NCBI GenBank assembly: GCA_051362555.1
Contig: CM120640.1
Coordinates: 63,962,788 to 64,026,787 of the forward strand
Source: Lingula anatina
Taxonomy: Eukaryota > Animalia > Brachiopoda
DNA length: 64,000 bases
Direction: 5' to 3'
Translations under genes and position numbers: made by a program
The notes under the pieces: generated by a model
The model's database searches: none
What the model was told of the DNA's origin: nothing
Seen by the model: only the letters and a program-made list of their open reading frames with translations
In this document: in pieces, positions 23,647-37,334 of the stretch
Layout: every line of letters begins with the position of its first letter
How positions within the stretch are numbered: the stretch's first letter is position 1

Positions 23647-26600
23647 ATGTTGAATTTTAGTCAAGAAACTTCAATTGTGAAAATGACACGAAAGAAACTC
23701 TGTGAAATCGAACAATTATTCCCGATCGTCGTCATTTATTGGCTTTTGGCTCTAATGCAAACTACTAACTCATACCCAAGTCGGTGCGTTTGTACTTCGC
23801 TGGTTCTAAGATCACCGGAACTGCTAGTCAACTGTTCCAAAGTCCCGATGAGTGAAATTCCTCAGGATTTCCCATTTAGAACTGTTCGTCTGGACTTGAG
23901 CAACACTAATCTGACACACATACCAGCAAGAGCTTTCACGTACTTACGGCAATTGAAAACACTGTCTTTGAGCCAAAATAAGATAAGGCGATTTCATTCT
24001 GACACTTTTGTGGGTTTGGAAATTTTGGCATATTTAGATCTGTCTGGATTTGGAGGTGATTTTACGTATGATGCATTGCCGGAGAATCTTTTCGAAAATC
24101 TTATAAATCTGCGTTACCTGAATTTTGGACAAACAGACCAAGCGGTGCGGATCGATGATAATTATTTGGACCGAACCCTTTCACATCTTCACCGCCTTGA
24201 GCATCTTGTGTTACCCTCAGTCGTCACTAATGACGCTATATTTGGCAAAGGTTACTTAAACCTGACGTCTCTGAAGGTTTTAGAACTAGGAAAACGCCCT
24301 TGGCTTCCTTTGCTTCGTAGAAACGTTTTTGAAAATTTACTATATTCTCCCATCGAAAGGTTATCGATGGTTGACAATTCAATTGGTGATATAGAACGTG
24401 GAGCGCTATCTTATTTTCCGAAATTACGTGCGGTTGATCTTTCCTGTCAGAAGTTTATTTCAACGGAAACACTAGAGAAGACATTGTGTGAGTTCCAAAA
24501 TGCGTCAAGAATTGAAACAATTATCGCAAACTCAATGTTTGAGATACACCATGGGGCTGTAAAGGAAGGAGATGGTGAAAGAGACGTGCATATATCATCT
24601 GAATTCCTCCGGTGCCTTGAGAACTCAAAGCTCCGCACGCTGGAATTGGTTCATGACAGGATATCCTCACTAGACATACAGTTTCTGAAATATTTGCCGT
24701 ATTTGGAGTATTTAGATATATCTCACAACAATTTGCTAACTGTTAAAAGGGACAAAAAAATTATTCATTCTGGCGACGCATTCATACAAACATCACTATC
24801 TTTGATGGCGAGTATGAGATATTTCAGAGTAGACTATAACATCAAGAGTACCATAAATTCTCCACCTTGCCGACCGTCATATGCACTGTGGAACGACCGG
24901 CCACCAATGATTTTGCCAGACACAAGGTCACCACCCAGTCAAGCGCCAAATGAATCCCAAGCGGACCTCGAGTATAAAATGGATTTCCCCGTCCTTAAAC
25001 TTACAATACCGCCGAACATGGAATACATATCTGCAAAGTCCTGGCCTTCTGATGGATTCCATGGTGGCTGTGCAAAGGGCAGCGTTTATGTCTATCCTAA
25101 TCGTTTGAGATATCTTGATTGGTCAGAAAACCAAGGACTACACAGCCCCTGGGTGTGCACAAATATTTATGGATTAAATAAGTTAGAATATTTTGATATT
25201 TCTAATAACGGCTATGAATCATTCCCGCTTGATTTCTATGCAAATTTCCGAACTCTGCGATACTTGTATCTTGGGCGAAATAAACTCGGGGCATCAATCA
25301 GAGAGAATCGGTTGCGATTTTCAAACTTGACCCATTTAGGAATTATTGATTTATCAGCAAATGACATTGATGAAATACCGAATGGAGTTTTTCAAGGACT
25401 TGTTTCTCTAAAACATCTAATTCTAAGGGACAATGCAATCGTAAACATGTCAACAGACTTAAACGCGCTTTTAGCTTTGGAATATTTAGATATATCAAAT
25501 AACAAATTGAAGTATTTACCAAAACCGTTAATGGAATCTCTTGATATCGTCAAAAGGCCTTTTCAGTTAAACATAACTAACAACCCATTTGACTGCGATA
25601 GTTGTGATGCAATAGATTTCATCATTTGGACACAACAGACTAATGTTACTTTTTTGATGGATTTTGACAAATACCCGTGCATAGGACGAGGTAACGCATC
25701 ACACAGTTTCGATCTGTCTTCATTAGTTCACAGATGCAGCAAGGCGGATGGCACGGTGAAGCAAGCTCACATCTCAGCGGCAACACTTGCAGGTACGATA
25801 ATCCTTGTTTGTGTAACAATACCAGCAATGGTTATGGCATACGTGTACCGATGGAATATTAAGTAAGTATATGCTATGTACATATTATTATTAATGTTTA
25901 TATAGATTTCATTTGTCACACGAAAAAGACCTTAAAAGATAATACTGAGACATTGTTATTATTATTATTATTGATGGTGGTAGTGGAATTAATACTATGA
26001 TTAAAAGTGGTAGACTAAAAGTATAGATGGCTGTAATGAAATTCAAAGATTTCATTCTTTTTAAAAGATTAGTGTCCCAGTGTTTCATTTTATCATTATA
26101 AAATCAATCCTTTATCTATAAAACTGTAGGCCCGCATAACTACGCTAGTTATCCTAAAGATCGTTTTTTTTTTTATCTGCAGATACAGACTGTACGTTTT
26201 CCGCCGGAAGCTTCGAAAACGTAATGACAATGGACCCTGTGGCCACGTGTACATTTCATACGACGCGGAAAACTTTGATTGGGTGCGAACCGTGCTGGTG
26301 GAGCGTTTAGAAAATCACCACGGTCTTGACACCATCATCGACCAACGAGATTTCATTGGCGGAGCTGCTTTAACTGAGGCGATTGTTGAAGCTGTAGATA
26401 ACAGTAGAAAAACAATACTTGTGGTGTCTACAGCTTATATTCAAAATTCATGGTGTGAGTTGGAGCTTCAGATGTCTCTAGCCAGGGGTTATCATACTGT
26501 CATACCTGTAATGTTAGAAACTGTTCCCATCACTGACATGAGCAGAACACTTAGAAAATACATTACAGTCAGAGGTTATATAAAATGGACCGAGCAGGAA

Positions 26601-26699
26601 CGGGGACAGCAGCTTTTCTGGAAATTGTTAATAGACGCCATTATGGATAAAGAGAATAATATAGATTTGCACGATGCTAATCAAGAACCATTGCTATGA
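23647..26699 (+). CDS. Toll-like receptor, single cysteine cluster type (LRRNT-LRRs-LRRCT-TM-TIR), about 900 aa
   Basis: Exons 23647-25862 and 26183-26699, joined by a 320-nt GTAAGT...TGCAG phase-2 intron. Hydrophobic leader (start may be ATG 23683), LRRNT (PSRCVC..VNCS), many LxxLDLSxNxI repeats, LRRCT (NNPFDCDSC), TM (ATLAGTIILVCVTIPAMVMAYVY), TIR (YISY..DWV..RDFIGG..SRKTILVVS..SWCELE..FW). Confidence 0.95.
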
Positions 26700-28526
26700 A
26701 CCTATGAAAATTCATTTTGAATATCTGGCGCTTTTAAGGGTATTGCAAACCTTTATTATTATCCAGATACCGAAAATAAGTTTTTCTTGCATTTAATTAT
26801 TCAACAATTCAACTTTTTTATTAAGAAAAATTGCTGGCCGGATTTTGAAGTATTAAATGGTGTCTCTAAATTGGCGTTAAAGCAGGTTCGTGGGTGCTCA
26901 GGTTAAGGAGAAATTTGAGAAACCGATTTTCCCATTTTTACCCCAAAATCGCAAATATGACGTCCTCCGTAAGATGACATGCATGACAGTGTTAATTAAT
27001 TTAGTCACTGAACACTGAAGATTTATCTGTTATCCAAGAGAATGTATGTAAGGTAGTAAATAAGGAGTTTTAGGAAAAGGGTGACAATATCCTTATGGAT
27101 AGAGATATGGAATGTACATGTAATCATTTACATGTAGTTAACTCCCGCACCTGTTAGTTCAGAAAAAACGTATAAAGAGTTAATTCCTCTCTGCTAAATA
27201 AACAAACGCGCGGGGTCTCTCTAAAGTAGTTATTAGAGCCAACCAAGTTGATGAGTATCTTTATGCGTGAGTTGCTCTCATCGTGGTTTGTGCAACATTA
27301 GATTTAACATCATGTGAGCGTACTGAATTTGCCTTAAGTAATTGAATAACGAATAACTGCTTCAGTTGCGATACGTGATGAAACACATTTAACACTTTGG
27401 ATTGCTTTGTCTTTGGCCCAGCAACCGCATTTGTTCTATAACGTGATCGTGATTGTCGAACCGAAGAAACAGACACCTGTTCCACTTTATCCAATATATA
27501 TATTGGTTGAATATATGTCTTGGTTACAGAAGAGTGATTTGCATATCACAATTTAAAAAAAACAGTGTGGTTTAAAAACTTATTATCTGGAAGAAAATGT
27601 GTATTTCAGCAATATTTGTCGAATGAAGGAGGTGGGTAGGCCTAATGTTAGAAGACGCCTAAAGCCTCATATATACTGCCTGTCATTAATGGCTATGGCG
27701 ATGGCTGCTTTAATTACACGCTCCATCTAAATACGTCGATAGATCGTTTTCGCGCAAAAAAATAGTCAATCCGTTCCAAACATCGCGTATGTACAAAACA
27801 GGGATGGCCTTTAGGGAGAATAAAAAACCAATATATCTACTCTATTCGTGTCAGTTAACTGGTACTCTGGGTATGGCGGGACGCTCTCTGTTTATTGCGC
27901 ACTTATACAAAACTTAGCGCTGACCATCTTCCCCTGAAATGAATGGTTCAGTGAAGAATATACGTATATACTTTTGAAGGATGCGCAAATAATTTCAGTT
28001 GTATTCCTTGCATTTAATTGAGATGAGCTTTCGACCACTAGGTATTCAATATCGTTTGCGAATGTTGAATGTATCATCTGCCACCATCTAGGGTACTGCA
28101 GACGCTGGCAACAAAAATATACCGAATTCACAAGATCGACCAAGCTTGGGTGACGCCTCCTTTTAGGTCTGTCGTCCAAGAATTTTATTTGACGGCGGGA
28201 AGACGATATATATAATAGGCTAATGGTTTTATTTCATTAAAAGTGATACGGTGATTGCATGCTAAATTACCACGTCACGACGTGAGTAACCATATCACTG
28301 GGTGATCCAGGGAGACCAAGCGTCCCCAAGGTAAATTAAATCGTCGATTCCTTGACACTGATAGCAGTTCTGGTACTATTGCATCGCGGTCTTGCCGCTG
28401 CCGTAATATTATCCGTAATCGCACAAGAATTCTATAGCATTATACTCTTCAATGTCAGCATTACACAATGTGGCCGGTCTTTATATTGATGTAATATGTG
28501 CAATTGATACAAAAACCGATAATTCA

Positions 28527-28606
28527 CAGGGTGGTCCATAAAAAACGACCTATTTTAAATTGGGATGGAAAGCAAAAAAGTCTTTTTTTTTTAATGGACC
28601 ACCCTG
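28527..28606. mobile_element. Tc1/mariner-like mini MITE
   Basis: CAGGGTGGTCCAT.../...ATGGACCACCCTG followed by TA; left flank is CA. Confidence 0.65.
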
Positions 28607-29122
28607 TATATGATGCAGGAGCTAATGTATCTTAACACACTTTCGCTTTGGCAGACTTCCATTATAAAGTGTTATTTTCACTTGTTTAGATGTAGTACAA
28701 ACAGGCCCAGGGTACAATTTTAATTCTTCCCTCCCATTCCCCCTAGAAAAATAATTCTCAAAACTTTTATGCGATGTGCAGCGGTTTCAAAAAAAAAAAA
28801 AAAAAAAAAAAAAAGATAATAATAATAATAAATAAATAAATTAATGAAAAAATAAACTAATTAATTAATATAAAAATAAAACCAAATGCCTCTGGGCCCT
28901 AGCTTGTGTCTCCTCCCCACTACTGGGATGGAGCGGGTGCTGTAGGCCTACCCGGCATATAGGTCAACTTTGGAAAGGGAGAGCGAAGTCCCTACTTCTT
29001 CACCTTTCCCTTTAATCCGACCTTTTTCTAATGGCAATTTCCTAATGTCAGTGCATGGACATCGAAACATTCAACCTGTTTGAACTCTGTTGACACTACA
29101 TTTTTTGATTAAAAGGTTTGTG

Positions 29123-29155
29123 CTAAGATCTAATATACCGTTTATTAGATCTTAG
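29123..29155. repeat. 33-bp palindrome flanked by a 7-bp direct repeat
   Basis: GTTTGTG|CTAAGATCTAATATACCGTTTATTAGATCTTAG|GTTTGTG. Confidence 0.85.
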
Positions 29156-29722
29156 GTTTGTGCAAGCATATTTTGTAGTGTGTGTTCGTTTCAGCCGCGT
29201 GTGGGAGGTACGTGTTTCGTGACGTGTTTTTAAATAATTCAAAATTGAATTATTAGGTCAGAAATTATCTAAAAACATATCATTAACGCCGATAAACATT
29301 GTACATTGGCCAAAACCATCAATATTTTACTGCAATAATTTATAAAATTGACATAGCTTTGACAAGTGTTGCCGCTTACCAACATTAGTCCTATAACCGT
29401 ATGATTGGGATGGGCTTATCTTGAAGACGGAAGTTCATGATCTTTGAGATTTAGACTCTTCTAATAAATAGGGGTGGATGGATGATTCTGAAAGTGTTGC
29501 TATGTTAAGCAAATTGTATAGATATTGATAAAATCTGTTTTAAAGTGAAATGTATTCAGATGCTTTTTTTATGCATAGAACATGTGCTAACAGAAAGGAT
29601 ACATTTCTCATTTTATTATTTTAGTAGTCTAACACCCCCGCGTTGTAGGTAACGGCTCCATAACCCGAGTGTCAACAAAAAATACTATACGCGTGAGGGG
29701 AAGATGTAAGTTGTGCCAGAAA

Positions 29723-32700
29723 ATGCCAGGACTCGACTACGCTTTTACCGAAAGGGTGTCCAGAAGGCTAGCGTGTCCACTATGTAGCCTTCCTATGAGA
29801 GAACCAGTCCAGATAACAGTCTGTGGCCACCGATTTTGTGACTCGTGTCTCCAAGAGTACCTCAGGTAGGTTGAACAACGTGGGCGAGTTGGGACTTGAA
29901 AGTTGTCATTTATCAGTTCATGTGCGATTTTTTTTTATTTTCTCGAAAAATGTATTATATTGCCACATTTACAGTGTTCCACTAAACGGACATCATGTTG
30001 AAGGATCCACATACCTGTGGTCAGTGTCACATTAGGTAAAATTTTAATCGGAAATCAAAGTCGAAAGGTAAATGCACTGAAGTGATATGTACATTTCGGC
30101 CTTTGTATTGTTGTAACAGGTGAGTCATGAAATCCACAAAAGTAGTGGGGACGTTTTTATTGTCACAGCCGATCCCTGTCGTCGGGTGCTTTTTCTTTTA
30201 CTTGTAAAACGGCATATTTCTGTGGGTGTCACCGGACGCTTTATTGTATTATCAACATTACACAACCACAATGAAATGACATTTTCGAGTATTCCATTTA
30301 CAGAAACATGAGATTATATATCCTGATCCTACTTGATTTTGCCCAGCCTCTGTTATTACAATATCAGCTTACAGCTTAAAGATGAGAACCAAAGAAAGTT
30401 CCTGATACACCCAGAAATGGATAGATATTTTTATCTTAATTTAGCGCTAGTTGAATTTCATCTATTATATTAAGTGAAGTCTGGGACTTGATTCGGTTGC
30501 TTTTGGTCTATGGTGTTTCTTCATGAGATAGAATTGATAATAGAAGCATTCCCATTGGAGCTTGATCATGTTTACACATGTCGGGAGCCATGTCTCATCT
30601 TCAATGAAAGACCAAATACACTAATACCTTCACACTAAATCACCTGTGTTCTGCCCTTCATTTGTTCTTACCTTTAAAAGAGCTACCACTATATACCACA
30701 CCATACCATACCACATTTTACTTTTTGTACATAGGAATATATAGGAATCAGGTCCGTAGCCAGCAATTTCAAACGGAGGGTTCTTTTTCTGAATAAGTGG
30801 ACCTTTTCCAATGAAACCTTTGTGTACCTAGATCAAATTTTACCCAGAATGGACTTTTTCCTGACAGGGCAGTTCTTTCTAACACCCCCCCCCCCCCCCC
30901 CCCCCCCCCCAGCTACAGGCCTGGGAATACACCATCTTTTAGATATTTACAAGTATACATGGCGTTAAAAACTGATCATATGAGGTGAAAATTAATTTTC
31001 TTTTTCTGCATAGCAGTGAAGTCTACAGGTTATTCTCAAGTCAAATAAAAGTGAAATCAACATGATGGATTGCCTTCTTCCTAGGAGAAGAAAGTGGTAG
31101 CCACATTAGCATTTCTGCATAAAGTAAATCAATGAATCCAGGGGCAGTTTGCAAGCACATACTGGTAGTCGAGCTTCATATCTGCCACCCATCAATACTA
31201 AAACAATATGATTCATCATATTCAATTATTAATTTACAGGATCGCTACTGGTTTATCTCTTTTTGCTTATCTTCTCCAAACAAAATGGATGTAGTCATGT
31301 AGACACTGAGAAGTGTGTGTTCAACCACATGGAGGTTTGGGAGGAAATGATTCTTTTCCTCTGATCTGAGAAAGAAAGTGTAATCAGAAGTCTGTTCTTG
31401 ATGGAGTTGACATTTAAGTTGCTGCCAGTGCTAATTGAATTCTGAGTGGTTGATTACTGTATCAGATCAGCTGATGGGCACTTCCTAATTAAAGGTTAGT
31501 TTGGAAGGGAAGAAACATCTCAAATTTTGCCCTTTCCTGCAGCAACCATGGACAGTTGCTGATTTTGTGATACCTTGAACCCTGTTTCCTGTGCTTCCAT
31601 TATTTTTTTTTTGTGTGTGTTTTTAAGTTGCTTTAAAAATCTAGACCATTGTAGGAAGCTTATTTTTCCAGTGCTACTTCATACAACAATCTGTTATCTC
31701 TGAAAAATGTTTAAAGATATCATGTTTGTTTAACACAAAAAGAAACTAGTCCTAGTTAGATTAAGCATACTTTTTTTTACTTTGCATCTTTAAAGTCATC
31801 GTTTTGACATTTGATAAAAAAGGGAATCATGGGGTGTTTTTATCATCTCTTGTGCAGAAATTCACCATTTGCAGGGCATGTTGATTTGGACTGGTCAGCT
31901 GAGTTTGCTGGGGACATTAGCATACCAGCTGTTGACTGTGTTTTGTGTCATTTAAAAGGTGCTTAACAAAGACTACTGTGACCTGGTAGAAAGCAGGACA
32001 GTTTATCATGGTTGAAATGAATAGCATACTAACTATATGTAGTTATTCATCACCACCTTCTAGGTACAATAAGTGGATTTGTTTGTGTTGATGTAATGTT
32101 GTGGTTATTCTGATCATGTATCTGATGATTATTATTATGCAGATTCTTTAGTTTCTTGGAGAATGGGCCTTCATATAGGACATCAAGTAAGAAACCAACT
32201 GCAGTAGATTGCAAATGAAATGCATTTATGTGATTGGTCTTTTAATGAAAGCAAACATAATATTGTGTAACCACCTTTAAAATCCTTATTGATTGGATAG
32301 TTTATGATATAATATTGACTCTTTTGTTCAGACATATGGTCATTTACTAAGATCTTCCCCTTGATCCTGTTTCTAGACAATTGATTTTTTTCTGTCTTGT
32401 GGGTATGCAGAAAATGCCCTACCAGATACACAGAGCTTACTTAAAATATTCATATTATGACACAGGAGACTAGAGTCATTTTTGTTAGGTTTCCTCATGG
32501 ACACACATGTTCTGATAACCAAACACTCCTCTAATTACTAGAAGCTGCAGACCAGACAAAGTAAGGATGTGCTGGACTGATCTGAACTTAAGATAAACTC
32601 TGTTTTGAAGCATTTCGGAAAGTAGTTTCTTTGAACGTTGACAAGCCAATTTTGTTTTCAAATTATATTTTGGATACATTTTGGATACATTAGCTATACA

Positions 32701-35700
32701 ATCCTGTCTTATACCTGTTACCTGGCTTCTGTCGGGCAGCACAAACTCCTGATCAGTAATGATCTGTCTATTGGCAAATTTTTGACTTTTTGGAAGCCAA
32801 AAATATCATTTTTGATATCCAGGCCTACCCAACTACCAGACTCGGCACCTATGGATCCAGAATAAACCGGTTTATCAGTCTACATTACCCGTTTTCAAGG
32901 TAGTGTGGTCTGATATACCGGTTTATTCTGGATCCGTAGGTGCCGAGTCTGGTAGTTGGGTAGGCCTGATATCTATTCAGAGGGTCCCCTTGATCCCATG
33001 TCATATTTTCACTTTTTCTCTAGATGGTAGTGTCTCATCCCTGCCTGATTATTGGTAGATTCTTTAATATATATATATATTAATATAAAACAGGGTCGAT
33101 GGGTTAATTCTTGTGCATTTATTAATCCAATAAACTATAGTGAAAATTGAAGCAGATTAAACCCAAAACAAGTAAATAAGTAAATTTGTATAAATTGATT
33201 ACAAATTTTTTTGTAATTTTGAATAACTGTTATGGATAGATTATTTTAAGCAGTTATGAGACTTGAGTGCATGACACCTGTTTCTGTATTAAGATAGTAC
33301 ATGGTCAAATCAAGTAAATATATCTTTATGAATATGAATTTGATCAGAATTATTCCTGGGCTGATAAAAGAATTGAATTTAGTGATCACCATATTAACGT
33401 TATGTTAAAAAGGAGAGATTCATTTACTGATCGAAAGAAAAAAAATCAGTTGCATGGTCACTTCATGTAAATAAACAATTTGTTTAACTCAGGGAAGGTG
33501 CCTTTTTAAATGTTTATCAAACTGAATTTGAAGTATTATTTGTTTGTTTTTCAGTTTTAACCCATCTCAAATACCACATCTGAAACAAATTGAGATTGAT
33601 TGGTTAGTTTATTGTCTCAACAATTATAAATTGTACTGCAATCAGTCCAAAGCATCTTTTAATGTTAAAACATGGAGATTTGGTGTCCACATTATGTTTT
33701 TGCATGTTAAGGAATTAGACTTTGTCTCAGAAAAAGGATAATTTATAAAAGAAGCTTTGCAAGAGTACACATAAGGCTTATTGTAGGATACTTGAGATAA
33801 TTTCCTCCCACATGCAAATATTGGGTAAACACAACTTTTGCAGGTGTAACACATACAATAAATAATGAATTTTACTTGTATCAGTGATATAGACATTTTT
33901 TTCTATCTCAGCATTTAAGGGATTTTTGCCAGGGTTTCTGTTGTATGATATATGCATTTAAGGCTTTGTTATTCCATCGCTAATACCACACTGACTTAAT
34001 TGCTAGGCAAAAAGGGCTACCTCAGTGCCTGAAAGGCTCACTAAATCAGCTGTTTGGGTTGGAATCCTGAGTCAAGCCCCAGTGTTGATTGTTATTCTTA
34101 CCTTTATATCAATAGTGCTAACTAGATGCTGCAGGAGCAAGAGGAATGCCACTGATTTATATTGGGATGGTGTGGGTTTGTGGAGAGAGGAGCCATTGCT
34201 GTATTCTTTACTGTAATTTCTACTAGTGCTGAGTATGGAAGACAGCTGTAGTCAAATATCTACAAAGTTCTTTAGATGTATTAAATGTTGTTTTTATGGT
34301 AGTTTTCGCAAGTTCATTTGTAGTACCAGCAGCCTTTCCTTTCATTTCTGATATTTCAGCACAATTTTTCAACAATACAATGTGTTGTTACTTAAGGAAT
34401 ATACATTATTTGGGACAAAACATTGACATTTTAACTGACATTTGTTGTGTGTGCACACATCATTAGGGCCAAATACATGTAGTCTGATGTTTGGATTTTA
34501 TCTTGTTTATTTAAATAAATGTAGAGAGTGAGTGGGGTCCACAGTTTTAGTCCTCCAAGTCAAAGGCAGAAGGTTAGACTAAATAAGCAGATAATTTAAC
34601 AAGCAGCAGGGAGTTATGCCACATTATCACTGAAATTATGTCAAGGGGATGCCTTATCTGTAGACTATCTCTCTGTTTGGACAATGTGAAGCTGTTTGAA
34701 TCACCCTCGCTGGTGATGAATTTAGTCCATGCAACCAACTGAAAAGTACTGTTTGATTTAAGAAGACTTCAAGTTAAATTGGTGTTGAGACAGCAGGGAT
34801 ACAAATTTATTGCAATTCCTTATGCTGCTGACCCGAAACACAGGAAGAATGTCTTTTGTGCTGTTGACTGGTATTGAAACAAAAAGCTTCCTAGATTGTG
34901 TTGTAATATTACTGAGTAAATGTGTATATTATGTGCCTTATCCATAGCACTTTCCAGCAGTGGGTCTCCTCCCCCAAGGATTATCCCCTTATTAATCTCT
35001 TCTCCAGGGGATCTCCCAGTAATCTGATGAAACAGTGCAGTCCACTCAACACAACAAACCAGCTCTATTTATTTATGTATTTTTTAAAAATATTATTGCT
35101 ATTACTTTATCTCTGTACATTTTCGCAAGCTCAGTCTGGTGTAGAAAGTGTGAATAAAGCATATTATTATCACTATACAAAAGAGCTTGCAGAGTGGTAC
35201 AGTGGTACAGAGGTGGCCAAAGAGGCAGGGCAGTGGTCTACATAGTAGCACTTCATTGTTTGTTTGATATCTGTATATACCCAGTATACAGGTACATCTG
35301 ATCTACAGAAGGTGATTTATGAAACAAAGTAGACATTTTAAGGTCTCCAAGCTGTGTGAGGTATCAGATACTAGAGTAAACATAGGCAAGCATTTCTGTT
35401 TGTATTTTGTGTATAGGAAGGGACAGTGTAAATGGTTACTTGTTTACTCATCATGATCAACAGATAAACAGAGAGCACCTAGAATTTACATACTGTACCC
35501 TAGTAGTATATTCATTAGAAAATCCAGCCTATGATATTTATATTTCTGTACAGTTTAGAACTGTTAAGTAATGGTTAATTAAGTACAGTTTATGAGTGTT
35601 AGATTATGCAATTTATTTGTGGATGTATATTCAACTGATGTAATGTTGTTTAAGAACTGTATGTTAACATTTCCTGTATGGAAAAAGAGTCCCTTTATAT

Positions 35701-37297
35701 GTAAAACAGACTCAATGTCATTTGAAAAAAAAAATGATAGTTAATTGCCAGTTACTGGTCAAGTACATATTACTGCTGTATGTTACAACAAACAAACTGC
35801 ATTTAACTTCTTTAATTTATCAAAATTCTTAACATGGGCTACTTTGTGTACAGCATCATTATTCATGAATTTGACCTATTGCACACTCTGAAATACATGC
35901 ACTTATTTTCATACTTGGGCTATGTAGTTTATCAGATCACAGAAGTTCTTTCATTTGGTAAATTGACTAAATAAGAGTTACTGTTGTATGACCTGATATG
36001 ACCCCATGTTTCAGTTGAGCGGCTGTCCCTTTTCGTCAGTCACTGAAGCACAACATGCCATTGACACTTCCACCTGCCTGGTATTTATCTTCTGCCTTGG
36101 AAGTTGATTACCAGTTTACCTTTATCAGTGAAGTTTTGATGACTTTTCAAGAGGTCACCATATCTTGATGCACAGATCTGTTATAAAATGTTGTTTCAAT
36201 CATTCTATAATTTTCTGAATTTTGCAAAATCTTTGTTTTTCATTTATTTCCATACATTCAAGAATATTTGATTTAGAAATAAGGGATCCCTTCTAGAAAT
36301 ATTTCTGGTTGAAATTTATTTCTACATATTAGAAGTGAATCCCCCGGAAAAAAAAATCCAAACTCAGAAAAAAATGTAGGCAGGTTAAGTAAGGCAGCCG
36401 GCTTGGTGCATACAATTTGTAACATAAGTTTATCTTGGTTATCTTTTCCCCATTTAGTCGCTGGCATGTTATGTCTGTGTCTTTATCACTGCCAGGCTGC
36501 TGGGAACTGATGTAACTGAACATTTTGAGATCTATTTACTGCTGTTTTTGGCTTAAGTTCCATAGATCTACATTAAGTTTAACTTACTAACTTGTGATGT
36601 TGTCAGGTTATGAATAAATGAAGTTTTAAGTTTCTTTTCAGTATCAGGTTGAGAAATTTAAGAACTTAAGATCCACATCCAAATCTCAATGGTCTGGTAT
36701 GTTTTGTTTGGGTTGGGAAAAAAAATTCAGGTGAAACTTTTGCAGGTGTTCAGTTTTGAATTTACCGATTTCTCAAACCAGACTCTTCAGTTTATATTTA
36801 CAGTTTACTTCTGATGGTGTAGTTTAAGGTTACTCAGGGACTAGTGAGGTGTTTAGGCTTTCATATGTGCAAATGGATTATTTATTTGCTTTGAGGTTCC
36901 CTTTGTTGTTACCTGAGATGGTGAAATAATAATACTGAATAGAATGTATTTTGAAGTACCTGTTAAATTTACATAGTCAACATTTCAAGGAGGCATTAAA
37001 TTAAGATAAATGTTTCTTGAGTATTTTCTATATAAAGGTACTAAAGTGCCCCTGTCCTGGCAAGGGAAATATATATTCTGCTGAGGACAGTAGGGTCGAA
37101 AAGTGTTTATGAAAATGTATTTATAGAAAAGAAGATGTTTAATGAATCTGGATAGATAATTTTGTCTTGATGGCAGAAAAAGTTTATAGAAGAAAGCCCT
37201 TTAGGATAAATTATAGAGCCAGTTAGTCCAAGGTGCTGAAGGTGTGTTGTGACTTCCTAAGGACAAAATATAAACAACAAAGTGCTGGTGTGTGTAT

Positions 37298-37334
<37 letters not shown>

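Noticed and set aside
25861-25866. Apparent stop truncating the TLR before the TIR domain
   Set aside because: The TAA lies inside the GTAAGT donor; splicing to 26183 restores the frame.
27261-28179. Two minus-strand ORFs (77 and 95 aa) between the TLR and TRAF4
   Set aside because: No recognisable motifs, non-ATG starts and no consistent splice structure.
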